A stretch of DNA of 32,000 bases, from assembly GCF_042654545.1 (NCBI RefSeq), contig NZ_JBHSGN010000063.1:44477-76476 (forward strand). Reading direction: 5' to 3'. Below the pieces are notes generated by a model that saw nothing but the letters and a program-made list of their open reading frames with translations, was not told the origin of the DNA and did no database searches. Position numbers and translations under genes: made by a program. Of the stretch, positions 1-11,809 are shown piece by piece; the stretch's first letter is position 1, and every line of letters begins with the position of its first letter. This DNA comes from Dysgonomonas termitidis. GTDB taxonomy: Bacteria > Bacteroidota > Bacteroidia > Bacteroidales > Dysgonomonadaceae.

Positions 1-113
1 TTAGATATCAATACTATTGAAATAGATTAATTAACCTTTCTTTATGATTCCGGAATAGACATCAACTCTATTTCTTAATATATTAATTATTAACAATATA
101 AATAAGTTTTGCT

Positions 114-3100
114 ATGCAAAGAAAAACACTTTCACTTTGCGTTCTGTTCTTTATTTGCTTTTCACTTGCGGTTTTTCCGCAGAGCAAAGAAAAAATAGAC
201 CTTACCCTGAACAATGTAACCTTAAAGGAGTTTTTTTCTACGATAGAGAAAAAGCTGGGGTATTCATTCATGTATAGTAATGTCGATATAGATGACAGTA
301 AACGTATATCTGTAGACGCAAAAAATGCAGACATAAATTCCCTGCTCATCAGTGCCCTCAAAAATCAGGCTATCAGTTACGAAATATCGTCAAATAAAAT
401 AATTCTTACTAAAGCCGGCAGTATAACACCTCTACAAACGCAGCCTCAGAAAAAGATAAGGGGAAATATTGTAGATGATCTTAATGAACCTGTAATTGGA
501 GTAAGCGTTGTTATCAAAGGCACAACCAGAGGTACTACCACCGATGTGGACGGTAATTTCGATATCGATGCATCATCCGGCGAAACATTGCTCATATCAT
601 ATGTAGGCTTCGAAAAACAAGAAATCAGAATCGGAAACCAGACTTCATTTGATATCCGGCTGAAAGAAGACAATAAAGTTCTCGATGAAGTTGTCGTTAT
701 CGGTTATGGTACATTAAAGAAAAGCGATTTGACAGGCTCGCTGGCGTCTGTCGATACAAAAGATATAACTACCAAGGCGACAAGTAATCCAGTAGAAGCA
801 TTACAAGGTGTGGTTGCCGGTGTAAATATACAGAAAAACAGCGGATTGGCCGGAGCCGGAGCTGCTGTGAAAATCAGAGGTGTCAATACATTCGGGAGCA
901 ATGAGCCTCTTTATGTTATCGACGGATTTCCCGGAGACATATCTACTGTTAATCCGAACGATATAGCATCGATGGAAATACTGAAAGATGCGGCTGCGGC
1001 TGCTATCTATGGCTCCGTAGCTGCCAATGGGGTAGTCATTGTGACGACCAAAAACGGTAAGCAGGGAAAAATTCAGGTAGATATAAATTCGTATGTCAGC
1101 ATTACAGAAACAGCCAAAAGACTCAAAATGCTTGATGCAGACGGCTACCTTACTGTACACAAGCGAATGTATGATGAATATAACAAATATGCTTCCCAGC
1201 CTGTCAATCTTCCGGCTTACCTTACAAATCCGGGTACAAACAATACCAATTGGCAGGATGAAGTTTTCAGAACAGGTCTTTCCTCTACTCAGAGTATTGC
1301 GGTACGGGGCGGGCAGGGAGACACTCGTTACGCATTATCAGGTAATCTCACAGAGGAAAAAGGAATCGTTCTATCCAATAATCTTATGCAGCAGAATGCC
1401 AGAATGAAAATCAGCACCAAGAAAAATATATTCACCATTGATGGCAATCTGGCTTTTACCGGAAAGAAGCGGAAAACCCCGAATTTCAGCTTGAAGGAAG
1501 TGTACATGATTTCCCCTTTGGTGGCTGTATATGATGAGAATGAAAAAGACGGTTTTGCTCTTACAAACTGGGGCGATATTCCAAATAATGTGAATGTGAT
1601 GGCAAACAATCACTATATCACAAGCTGGACAAAGAGTCAGGAGGTTGCCGGAAATATTGCGGTAGGAGTGGACATAATGAAAGGTTTGACCTTCAAAACC
1701 AGCTACTCATACAGGGGTAACAATACCCAATCATATTATCACAACCCGCCTTTTACTTCTGATATCAAAAATCCGTACGAATATGCATATTATGAGGAGA
1801 ACAGAAGCTATTGGGACGAACAGGTGTTTGATAACCTGTTGAACTATAATGCCACCTTCAATAAGCATTCGGTTAATGCAATGCTGGGAACATCTCTCGA
1901 TTTGCAGTCGTACAACTGGAACAGCGTCGGAGTTGAAGGTAAAAAGACAATTTACTCTATAGATAACGGGTCTATTATAACCAGTGAGTTACCAGAGGGT
2001 TTCCTTGATCCATTCTTTATGACTATAGGAGCTGGAAAAGGTGGTACATACAGTGCCGATGGCTCCAAATACAAATATAACCGTATGTCTTACTTCGGAC
2101 GTGTGAATTATTCATTCGATAATCGTTATCTGTTGCAGTTTACATTCCGTCGCGACGGTTCATCCAAGTTCGGTAAAGACAGCCGTTTTGGTAACTTCCC
2201 GTCACTGGCTTTAGGATGGCGGATCACCGAGGAAGCATTCTTCCCCGAAAATACTCCGGTTTCGAACCTGAAACTGAGAGCGAGCTGGGGTAAACTGGGA
2301 AATGAAGTAGCTTTGGGATATTATGCCCATCAGGCGTTGATAACTACATATAACAGCCTCTATATGGGATATGTACAGGGCGATGGCAATAACCCCTGGC
2401 CCGGAAGTATAGCAATGGGACTTGAGAACAAAAAACTGCAATGGGAAACCACAGTATCGAAAAATATCGGACTGGATTATGGATTCCTGAACAATAAAAT
2501 TACGGGTACAATAAATTATTTCAACAATACTACAGAGGATTTGCTGATAACCAAGAGACTTGCACCTTCTGCCGGATTGGAGAATCCGACACTCAATGTA
2601 GGAAAAATGCGTAATACCGGGTTGGAATTTGAATTTACTTATGCGGAGAGTTCAGGGGATTTTAAATATAATGTAGGATTTAATGTTTCCCTGCTGAAAA
2701 ATAAAATGGTTGCACTGGCCGATGAAGATCAGATATTATTGGGAACCGGACTGAAATTTGGTACAGAGCACTTCCCGAACCAGACAAGGGTGGGGTATCC
2801 TATCGGAGCATTCTTCCTCTATAAAACGGACGGTATTTTCCAGACGGAAGCCGAAGTTAATGCTCACAGAAACGATAAGGGTGAATTGTTGCAGGAAAAT
2901 GCAAAACCCGGTGATATCCGCTTTGCAGATACAAATGGCGACGGTGTAATTGATGATAACGACAAGGTATATTCCGGAACAGGTCTTCCGAAAGCAGAAA
3001 TAAACCTGACTTTAGGGGCTTCATTCAAAGGTTTTGATTTCAGTGCTCTTATCGGTAGCGGATGGGGACACAAGTTATACAATGCCAACAGATATTTTTA

Positions 3101-3482
3101 CGAAGGCATGAACTCCGGATCAAATTTCCTTGCATCCACTCTGGATTCATGGACACCGGAAAATACGAATAGCAACGTACCTCGCGCTGTCTTACAGGAC
3201 CCTAATGGAAATACCCGTGAATCGGATCGTTTCCTTGAGTCCGGCGACTTTATCCGCCTGCGTCAGATACAGATAGGATATTCATTACCTAAGTCATTGC
3301 TTGCGAAGATGAAATCCGAAAATCTGAGGATATATATCAGTGGTGAAAACCTGCTAACATGGACTAAGTATAAAGGGATTGACCCTGAATTCGCACCTTC
3401 AGGTGTGTTGAATACAGGGGTAGACCGTTATATATTCCCTTTCACACGTTCATATGTACTGGGTATCCAATATACATTTTAA
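114..3482 (+). CDS. SusC-family TonB-dependent outer-membrane transporter with N-terminal STN (secretin/TonB N-terminal) signalling domain
   Basis: 1122-aa ORF. Signal peptide MQRKTLSLCVLFFICFSLAVFPQ. STN-like segment KEFFSTIEKKLGYSFMY...ISYEISSNKIILTK. CarboxypepD_reg-like segment IRGNIVDDLNEPVIGVSVVIKGTTRGTTTDVDGNFDI. Plug/TonB-box region DEVVVIGYG. Long beta-barrel ending GIQYTF. A SusD-like gene follows immediately. Confidence 0.9.
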   Translation: MQRKTLSLCVLFFICFSLAVFPQSKEKIDLTLNNVTLKEFFSTIEKKLGYSFMYSNVDIDDSKRISVDAKNADINSLLISALKNQAISYEISSNKIILTKAGSITPLQTQPQKKIRGNIVDDLNEPVIGVSVVIKGTTRGTTTDVDGNFDIDASSGETLLISYVGFEKQEIRIGNQTSFDIRLKEDNKVLDEVVVIGYGTLKKSDLTGSLASVDTKDITTKATSNPVEALQGVVAGVNIQKNSGLAGAGAAVKIRGVNTFGSNEPLYVIDGFPGDISTVNPNDIASMEILKDAAAAAIYGSVAANGVVIVTTKNGKQGKIQVDINSYVSITETAKRLKMLDADGYLTVHKRMYDEYNKYASQPVNLPAYLTNPGTNNTNWQDEVFRTGLSSTQSIAVRGGQGDTRYALSGNLTEEKGIVLSNNLMQQNARMKISTKKNIFTIDGNLAFTGKKRKTPNFSLKEVYMISPLVAVYDENEKDGFALTNWGDIPNNVNVMANNHYITSWTKSQEVAGNIAVGVDIMKGLTFKTSYSYRGNNTQSYYHNPPFTSDIKNPYEYAYYEENRSYWDEQVFDNLLNYNATFNKHSVNAMLGTSLDLQSYNWNSVGVEGKKTIYSIDNGSIITSELPEGFLDPFFMTIGAGKGGTYSADGSKYKYNRMSYFGRVNYSFDNRYLLQFTFRRDGSSKFGKDSRFGNFPSLALGWRITEEAFFPENTPVSNLKLRASWGKLGNEVALGYYAHQALITTYNSLYMGYVQGDGNNPWPGSIAMGLENKKLQWETTVSKNIGLDYGFLNNKITGTINYFNNTTEDLLITKRLAPSAGLENPTLNVGKMRNTGLEFEFTYAESSGDFKYNVGFNVSLLKNKMVALADEDQILLGTGLKFGTEHFPNQTRVGYPIGAFFLYKTDGIFQTEAEVNAHRNDKGELLQENAKPGDIRFADTNGDGVIDDNDKVYSGTGLPKAEINLTLGASFKGFDFSALIGSGWGHKLYNANRYFYEGMNSGSNFLASTLDSWTPENTNSNVPRAVLQDPNGNTRESDRFLESGDFIRLRQIQIGYSLPKSLLAKMKSENLRIYISGENLLTWTKYKGIDPEFAPSGVLNTGVDRYIFPFTRSYVLGIQYTF

Positions 3483-3515
3483 ATGAGGCTTGTTGAATTT
3501 ATAAATTTTATCGAC

Positions 3516-5027
3516 ATGAAAAAAAATCTATATATTATACTTTGTCTGATACTTACAGGACTTTTTGTATCGTCTTGCGATGACAGGCTTGATATGAACT
3601 CCCCCGACAAACTTACTTCGACTAATTTCTGGCGTAGCCAGACCGATGCGGAAGCAGGGCTCGCGGCTGTATATTCAAAACTGGAATGCGCGACTGAAAC
3701 CTGGGAATTTGCTGAAGTAAAGTTCCCCGTAGAGGCTTATAGGGAGGACGTTTGTAATATCGGAAGTGACGCGCTTAATTATCCTACATGGGTAGAATTA
3801 TTCAATTTCACATATACGAATGGCAACAGCCAGTTTTACACATATTGGGAGATCCATTATCAGGGAATATCTTATGCTAATCAGGTGCTGGAAAAAGTTC
3901 CTTCCATCAGCATGGATGAGACGTATAAAAATCAAATCCTGGCCGAAGCCCATTTCTTAAGAGGATATTACCACATGAAACTTTTGCTTAACTGGGAGAG
4001 AATAATTATCCGTAACGAATATATTACGAGTGAAGCGCAGATCAGCAAGCCATTGTCAGACAGGGCCGCCGCGTGGGACTTTATAATCGGTGAATTTGAA
4101 GCGGCTACAGGTTTGCCTCAGAAACAAACTCCTGAACGTACCGGACGTGCAACACAGGGAGCCGTTTATGCATACATGGGATATTCGCTCCTTACCCGGG
4201 CTTATGAAGAAACAGGCAGGAAATCCGAATATCTGGCTAAGGCTGAAGACGCCTTTAAAAAGGTGAAAGGCTATGAATTGGAAAAGAATTTCCTGTCTAT
4301 GTTTAACGGGACAAATAAAAATTCCAAAGAATCTGTTTTTGAGTTGCAGTTCACAGAAAATACTGCTAATGGTGCGGCATACAGAACTGCATTGCACAAA
4401 TGGATATCGACCGGGGAACTGGGAGGATGGGACGAAATATTCCCTAACCAGATACTTATCGATGAATATAAAAAAGAAGGAAAGACAGCCACGACAGGCC
4501 TGTACGATTCCCGGCTGTACCAAACCGTCTTCTTTAACGATTCATATTTCAATGATGTGACAGATAAGAAGGTGTACGGTTATACCTATAATGAATTATT
4601 CGGGGCCGCTTCACAAAAAGCCTGTTTCAGAAAATATCTTCCTGCGACTCTGGAAGACCTGAATAAATCGAGGACGGCGGTCAATTTGCCTCTGATGCGT
4701 TATGCAGATGTCTTGTTGCTCCTTGCCGAAAGCTTAAACGAACAGGGGAAGACACCGGAAGCTGTACCGCTTATCAATCAGGTAAGAGACAGGGCGGATA
4801 TGCCGGGGATTCCTGCTGACTCGAATCAGGACTTTGTGAAGAAGCAGATTGAGCATGAACGTATACTGGAATTTGCTCTTGAAAACACACGTTTCTACGA
4901 TATGCGCCGTTGGGGTAAGGTAAAGGAAGCCCTTACCGCTGTCGGTCGGACGGGTTTTTCTCCCGACAAAAATAATTTTTATCCCATACCTTTGTTGGAA
5001 ATAAAATCGAACGACCAGATTAATTAA
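3516..5027 (+). CDS. SusD/RagB-family outer-membrane glycan-binding lipoprotein
   Basis: Met at 3516 gives a canonical lipoprotein signal, MKKNLYIILCLILTGLFVSSC-DD. The track ORF starts 33 nt earlier, at 3483. SusD-like helical motifs are present (AEAHFLRGYYHMKLL, RYADVLLLLAESLNEQG, ERILEFALENTRFYDMRRWG). The gene sits directly downstream of SusC. Confidence 0.88.
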   Translation: MKKNLYIILCLILTGLFVSSCDDRLDMNSPDKLTSTNFWRSQTDAEAGLAAVYSKLECATETWEFAEVKFPVEAYREDVCNIGSDALNYPTWVELFNFTYTNGNSQFYTYWEIHYQGISYANQVLEKVPSISMDETYKNQILAEAHFLRGYYHMKLLLNWERIIIRNEYITSEAQISKPLSDRAAAWDFIIGEFEAATGLPQKQTPERTGRATQGAVYAYMGYSLLTRAYEETGRKSEYLAKAEDAFKKVKGYELEKNFLSMFNGTNKNSKESVFELQFTENTANGAAYRTALHKWISTGELGGWDEIFPNQILIDEYKKEGKTATTGLYDSRLYQTVFFNDSYFNDVTDKKVYGYTYNELFGAASQKACFRKYLPATLEDLNKSRTAVNLPLMRYADVLLLLAESLNEQGKTPEAVPLINQVRDRADMPGIPADSNQDFVKKQIEHERILEFALENTRFYDMRRWGKVKEALTAVGRTGFSPDKNNFYPIPLLEIKSNDQIN

Positions 5028-5055
5028 TAAACTCTTTTCAATTCATTACTTAATA

Positions 5056-5331
5056 ATGCTTACAGTCTTTGCTATTATGCTTGCCGGTATTGGTGCCGGA
5101 TACTTTCTGCGCCGCATCCCGGATATAAAAATAATCGGGAAACTGATAACCTGTTTCATATTCCTGCTCCTTTTTTTTCTGGGGATATCGGTAGGACATA
5201 ATGAAAAGATAGTAAACAATCTGACAACAATTGGCTTGCAGGCTCTCATCATCACGATGGGAGCCATTGCAGGCAGCATCTTGCTGGCATGGTTTGTCTA
5301 TAAAAAATTCTTTGTAAAAGGAAAAGAATAA
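5056..5331 (+). CDS. LysO/DUF340-family membrane protein, small subunit of a split lysine-exporter-like pair
   Basis: 91-aa, very hydrophobic ORF with about three TM helices. It ends 2 nt before a 200-aa hydrophobic partner. This split layout is typical of DUF340/LysO (YbjE-like) genes outside Enterobacteria. Confidence 0.6.
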   Translation: MLTVFAIMLAGIGAGYFLRRIPDIKIIGKLITCFIFLLLFFLGISVGHNEKIVNNLTTIGLQALIITMGAIAGSILLAWFVYKKFFVKGKE

Positions 5332-5333
5332 AT

Positions 5334-5936
5334 ATGAAAGGCAGTCTGATAATCCTTGCGTTTTTTATAGCCGGAGCCATTGCTTCATATATGGGCATAT
5401 TGCCTCAGGTCGTTCTTGATAACGATTTAAGCGTGTATATCCTTTATGGCCTTATGTTTCTGGTTGGTATTAATATAGGATATGATAAGAAAGCATTATC
5501 CGCTCTCAAAAATAATAAGCTTAAGGTGATACTCGTACCAGCAGCTACACTGGTCGGCACTTTGGCAGGATGTGCAATCGTCGGTCTGTTTATTCCCCGC
5601 TGGAGCATTTTCGAATGTATGGCAGTAGGTTCGGGATTCGGGTATTACTCGTTATCCAGTATTTTTATTACTCAATATAAGGGGGCTGAATTAGGTACAA
5701 TCGCTTTAGTCTCAAATATTATAAGGGAACTGTTTACGCTGCTCGCGGCACCGTTGCTTGTTACTTATTTCGGAAAACTGGCGCCTGTCTCATCCGGCGG
5801 AGCGACGACAATGGATACTACACTTCCCATTATTACCAAATATTCCGGGCCGGAATTTGTAATAATCGCCATATTCCATGGAATTACACTCGACCTTACC
5901 GTCCCGTTTCTTGTTACTTTCTTCTGCTATTTGTAA
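5334..5936 (+). CDS. LysO/DUF340-family membrane protein, large subunit
   Basis: 200-aa polytopic membrane ORF (MKGSLIILAFFIAGAIASY..., SSGGATTMDTTLPII). Tightly coupled to the 91-aa ORF upstream. The family call is from memory of the DUF340 layout and has not been checked by HMM. Confidence 0.6.
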   Translation: MKGSLIILAFFIAGAIASYMGILPQVVLDNDLSVYILYGLMFLVGINIGYDKKALSALKNNKLKVILVPAATLVGTLAGCAIVGLFIPRWSIFECMAVGSGFGYYSLSSIFITQYKGAELGTIALVSNIIRELFTLLAAPLLVTYFGKLAPVSSGGATTMDTTLPIITKYSGPEFVIIAIFHGITLDLTVPFLVTFFCYL

Positions 5937-6029
5937 ATAAGTAGAATAAGGATTTAATGACATGCTATTTCAGTTTAACTTCTTGTTGTATTTGAACTTA
6001 ACAAAGTAATAAATAGGTCTGCGACCTAA

Positions 6030-9158
<3,129 letters not shown>

Positions 9159-9167
9159 AAGAGCGAA

Positions 9168-11093
9168 ATGAATAGATCAAAGATATTTATACTTCTGGCT
9201 GTTATTACGGGAATGCTTTTACATTCCTGTAAGGCCGGAGACAAAGCAGAACTTCAGAGAGAAGATTTGACCCTCAATTTTCCCAATTTGCTTAATGTAG
9301 TTCATACCCCACAGGGAAAAGTCAGGCAGGGGCAGGGCTATTTTACCGATTGCGGTTCGTGGATGGGCTTTTCAATACCCGGTAAAGAAGCAGGTTTCAG
9401 TGGATTTTGCGGCCCTGTCGATTTAGACCATCGTAAGTGGATCAGTAATTCCATTTGTGAAGTTTCGGTTCTAGATGGAAAGGGTACGCCTGTTGCATTA
9501 AAGCAAGATACGGCAATTTATTATCCGGGCAAATTGACTCTGAACCTGTCGGGCGATGCGCGAAGCATCCGGCAGGAACTGGTTTTCGTAACAGCCAATC
9601 ATGCTCTATTGAAATGTAAATCGGATAATGAAGTTTATTTTGTGACAGAGGGATGTCTGAATGACAGCCTGATATGGAATAAAGAATCACACGGGATTAC
9701 GGCATCTTTAAGAACCGGGGAAATAGTAATGATTAGTTTTCCTGAAGATATTTTATTGGAACTATCGGCAGACCGCTATATTGCTACATCGAAAGATATC
9801 GGAAAGCAATTCGATATTGTAATTTCTTATTTCAATACAAAAGAGGATTTCTTAAAAAAGAACGGGGAAATAGTTGATATTTTGACCAATTCCGAAGCTA
9901 AAGCCAAAGAACGCAATATATGCTGGAATCATTATATTAGGCAGAATCTCCGTCAGGATATGCCGGATAAGAATAACCGGATAATGGTAAAAAGCATCAT
10001 GACGCTTATGAGTAACTGGCGCAGTCCCAAAGGGGCATTGCTGCACGCGGGCATTGTACCTTCGCATGCGATGAACTACTTTGTCGGATTCTGGGCATGG
10101 GATTCATGGAAGCATGCTGTTGCCCTGTCGTATCTTGATCCGGTTCTCGCAAAAGACCAGATACGGACGATGTTCGATTATCAGGATGATGCCGGAATGA
10201 TTGCAGATTGTATCTATACCGATCCTGCCGGGAATAATTACCGTGATACGAAGCCTCCTTTGGCTGCCTGGGCTGTCAATGCAGTATTCCAGGCCGATAA
10301 GGACACTTCTTTTGTGGCTGAAATGTACCCGAAACTCCTCAGGTATCATCAGTGGTGGTATAAATACAGGGATCACGACCGGAACGGTATCTGTGAATAT
10401 GGAGCTACCGATGGAACTTTGGAAGCTGCCAAATGGGAGAGCGGCATGGATAACGCCATACGTTTCGATGACGCAAAAATGGTGAAAAACGGTGAGAAAG
10501 CATGGAGTATGGATCAGGAATCCGTCGACCTGAATGCTTATCTGCAATACGAATATTCACTGTTGAAAGAGTTTGCTGCAATTTTGAATACTCCTTTTAA
10601 CGAGCCGGACAGGAAAGACCTTATTCAGGATTATTTCTTCGATAAAGAGACAGGGTACTTTTTTGATAAGAAGCTGAATAAATCGTTCATAAAAGTATTC
10701 GGTCCCGAAGGGTGGACTCCGTTATGGACAGGGCTGGCAACTAAAGAGCAGGCAGATGAAACAGTTAAAATCATGTTCGATGCGGAAAAGTTCTCTACAT
10801 ATATTCCTTTTCCGACTGCTGCCGCAGATAATCCTGAATTTGCACCGAGGGGATACTGGCGGGGACCTATATGGATCGACCAGATTTATTTTGCCATATC
10901 CGGCATACGGAAGTATGGATATACAAAAGAGGCAGATATGTATACACAGCAGGTTTTCGATCGGCTGCAAGGCCTGGAAGACGATGCGCCGATACATGAG
11001 AACTATGATGTGTATACTGGAGAACGGCTAAAAGCCTCGCATTTCAGCTGGTCGGCCGCACACCTGTTTTTACTATATAAGGAATATAATTAA
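9168..11093 (+). CDS. GH63/GH37-like (alpha/alpha)6-barrel glycoside hydrolase lipoprotein (YgjK / trehalase-like fold)
   Basis: 641 aa with lipoprotein signal MNRSKIFILLAVITGMLLHSC. Motifs resemble YgjK/GH63 and trehalase-type barrels: FWAWDSWKHA, KPPLAAWAV, WESGMDNA, RGPIWIDQIYF, HENYDVYTGE, SHFSWSAAHLFLL. Starts 9 nt after the GH2 stop. Confidence 0.65.
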   Translation: MNRSKIFILLAVITGMLLHSCKAGDKAELQREDLTLNFPNLLNVVHTPQGKVRQGQGYFTDCGSWMGFSIPGKEAGFSGFCGPVDLDHRKWISNSICEVSVLDGKGTPVALKQDTAIYYPGKLTLNLSGDARSIRQELVFVTANHALLKCKSDNEVYFVTEGCLNDSLIWNKESHGITASLRTGEIVMISFPEDILLELSADRYIATSKDIGKQFDIVISYFNTKEDFLKKNGEIVDILTNSEAKAKERNICWNHYIRQNLRQDMPDKNNRIMVKSIMTLMSNWRSPKGALLHAGIVPSHAMNYFVGFWAWDSWKHAVALSYLDPVLAKDQIRTMFDYQDDAGMIADCIYTDPAGNNYRDTKPPLAAWAVNAVFQADKDTSFVAEMYPKLLRYHQWWYKYRDHDRNGICEYGATDGTLEAAKWESGMDNAIRFDDAKMVKNGEKAWSMDQESVDLNAYLQYEYSLLKEFAAILNTPFNEPDRKDLIQDYFFDKETGYFFDKKLNKSFIKVFGPEGWTPLWTGLATKEQADETVKIMFDAEKFSTYIPFPTAAADNPEFAPRGYWRGPIWIDQIYFAISGIRKYGYTKEADMYTQQVFDRLQGLEDDAPIHENYDVYTGERLKASHFSWSAAHLFLLYKEYN

Positions 11094-11121
11094 ATTATCG
11101 GTCAGGACTCTGAATCTATTT

Positions 11122-11167
11122 AATCCTCAGGTATATAAGGAAGTATTTTTCCATATACTTGAGGATT
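11122..11167 (+). terminator. Long hairpin downstream of the PUL (putative transcription terminator)
   Basis: Arms aatcctcaggtatat (11122-11136) and atatacttgaggatt (11153-11167) pair over 15 positions: 14 Watson-Crick pairs plus one G-U. An inner ggaa/ttcc adds 4 bp. The structure begins 29 nt after the GH63-like stop. There is no clear U-tract after it. Confidence 0.5.
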
Positions 11168-11247
11168 GTCATTTCTCTGGGTCGCTTAAAGTTATTTTGG
11201 AGTATTGATTTTCTTCAAAAGGTAAAAGATATATCAATAAACAACTC

Positions 11248-11317
11248 GTAACTTGTAACTGTTAAAAAGTAACACCTTTTTAGCTATTAGCTGATAGCCG
11301 TTAGCCAATAGCTTATG
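11248..11317. repeat. Heptad-periodic tract (ten consecutive 7-mers)
   Basis: Read in 7-nt steps: GTAACTT GTAACTG TTAAAAA GTAACAC CTTTTTA GCTATTA GCTGATA GCCGTTA GCCAATA GCTTATG. There are two sub-families, GTAACnn and GCYnnTA. Non-coding. Confidence 0.6.
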
Positions 11318-11322
11318 TACAA

Positions 11323-11359
11323 AACTTGACAAACTTGACACATTTTCTACTATTTTCTA
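11323..11359. repeat. Two adjacent short tandem duplications (9-bp and 10-bp period)
   Basis: aacttgaca occurs at 11323-11331 and 11332-11340 as a perfect tandem. attttcta occurs at 11342-11349 and 11352-11359 with a 10-bp period. Confidence 0.7.
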
Positions 11360-11453
11360 TCTGTCATTTTTTTCCCTCCCTGCAAATCCCCCGAGGGGAA
11401 ACAACGTTCGACAGAGTCAATTAGGGGCTTGTTCATTCTTTCAAAGAACTATA

Positions 11454-11481
11454 AACCAATAGCCAACAGCTAATGGCGTAC
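11454..11481. repeat. Second heptad-periodic block, partly inverted relative to 11283-11304
   Basis: AACCAAT AGCCAAC AGCTAAT GGCGTAC. The reverse complement of 11456-11477 matches 11283-11304 at 16 of 22 positions, with a perfect 8-mer core (attagctg / cagctaat). Confidence 0.5.
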
Positions 11482-11718
11482 TATATAGATAAAATATTTG
11501 TAAAAAAATAATTTATTATATTCAAGGTAACTTTTATCGCTGTATTTTATGTCATGTACTATGTGGTGTATGCAATCAAAAATTGCTTGTGTTCCAGGCC
11601 AGAATAGCGTTAATAATTGCTGCAGCCACGATGGACTGTAAATGGTATCGTGTAACTAAAACGTTGTTGCATAGGAGTTAATGGGCCTGTTTGTTGTAGT
11701 GTTCACTCATACTATTTA

Positions 11719-11758
11719 GGTATAAAATACTCTGCAAATACCTATTTATGGTGATTGT
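11719..11758 (+). promoter_or_regulatory. Bipartite conserved motif, copy A (ggtatWaaat - 18 nt - tatggtgattgt), overlapping a probable -7 promoter element
   Basis: ggtataaaat at 11719-11728 and tatggtgattgt at 11747-11758, with an 18-nt spacer. TAttTaTG at 11743-11750 matches the Bacteroides -7 consensus TAnnTTTG at 7 of 8 positions. The motif ends 52 nt upstream of the receptor ATG at 11810. A second copy lies at 21199-21238. Confidence 0.5.
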
Positions 11759-11809
11759 GAGGAGGGACGCGGTGTACTACTTTTACGCGTTCGAAAATTA
11801 AGAATCAAA

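Noticed and set aside
101-108. taagtttt, a near match to the -7 element TAnnTTTG, just 6 nt before the SusC ATG. This would imply a leaderless transcript.
   Set aside because: It is a 7/8 match in AT-rich sequence, and STN-type SusC genes are normally driven by ECF-sigma promoters. It is too weak to call without transcription start data.
3483-3515. Alternative upstream start codons offered by the ORF track: SusD at 3483, GH15 at the TTG at 19231, and the TIM-barrel protein at 27379.
   Set aside because: In each case a downstream ATG gives a canonical signal or lipoprotein peptide, or the conserved family N-terminus. The upstream extensions add sequence that does not resemble a signal peptide.
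11283-11477. Invertible (phase-variable) promoter hypothesis: imperfect inverted arms about 150 bp apart, plus an internal aacgttcg resembling part of the Bacteroides Mpi-type inverted-repeat consensus.
   Set aside because: The arms match at only 16 of 22 positions, with an 8-bp perfect core. The ACGTTCG-like element occurs once in this segment, not as an inverted pair. No recombinase gene is nearby. The observation is kept only as part of the repeat-region finding.
11549-11641. 30-codon Cys-rich micro-ORF (MSCTMWCMQSKIACVPGQNSVNNCCSHDGL) in the long gap upstream of the first TonB-dependent receptor.
   Set aside because: There is no evidence of translation signals or conservation, and a 30-codon frame is expected by chance in 716 bp. 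It would only merit follow-up if conserved in related genomes or seen in ribosome profiling.
11500-11809. Possible cobalamin or TPP riboswitch ahead of the TonB-dependent receptor. Fragments such as ggtgtatgcaatc and cagccacgatggactgtaa look superficially like cobalamin-riboswitch core pieces.
   Set aside because: No B12 box (GCCACTG-type) lies downstream of the ACTGTAA-like piece. There is no CTGAGA / ACCTGA...CCAGCG TPP core. The element order is inconsistent with either class. An Infernal/Rfam scan would settle it.
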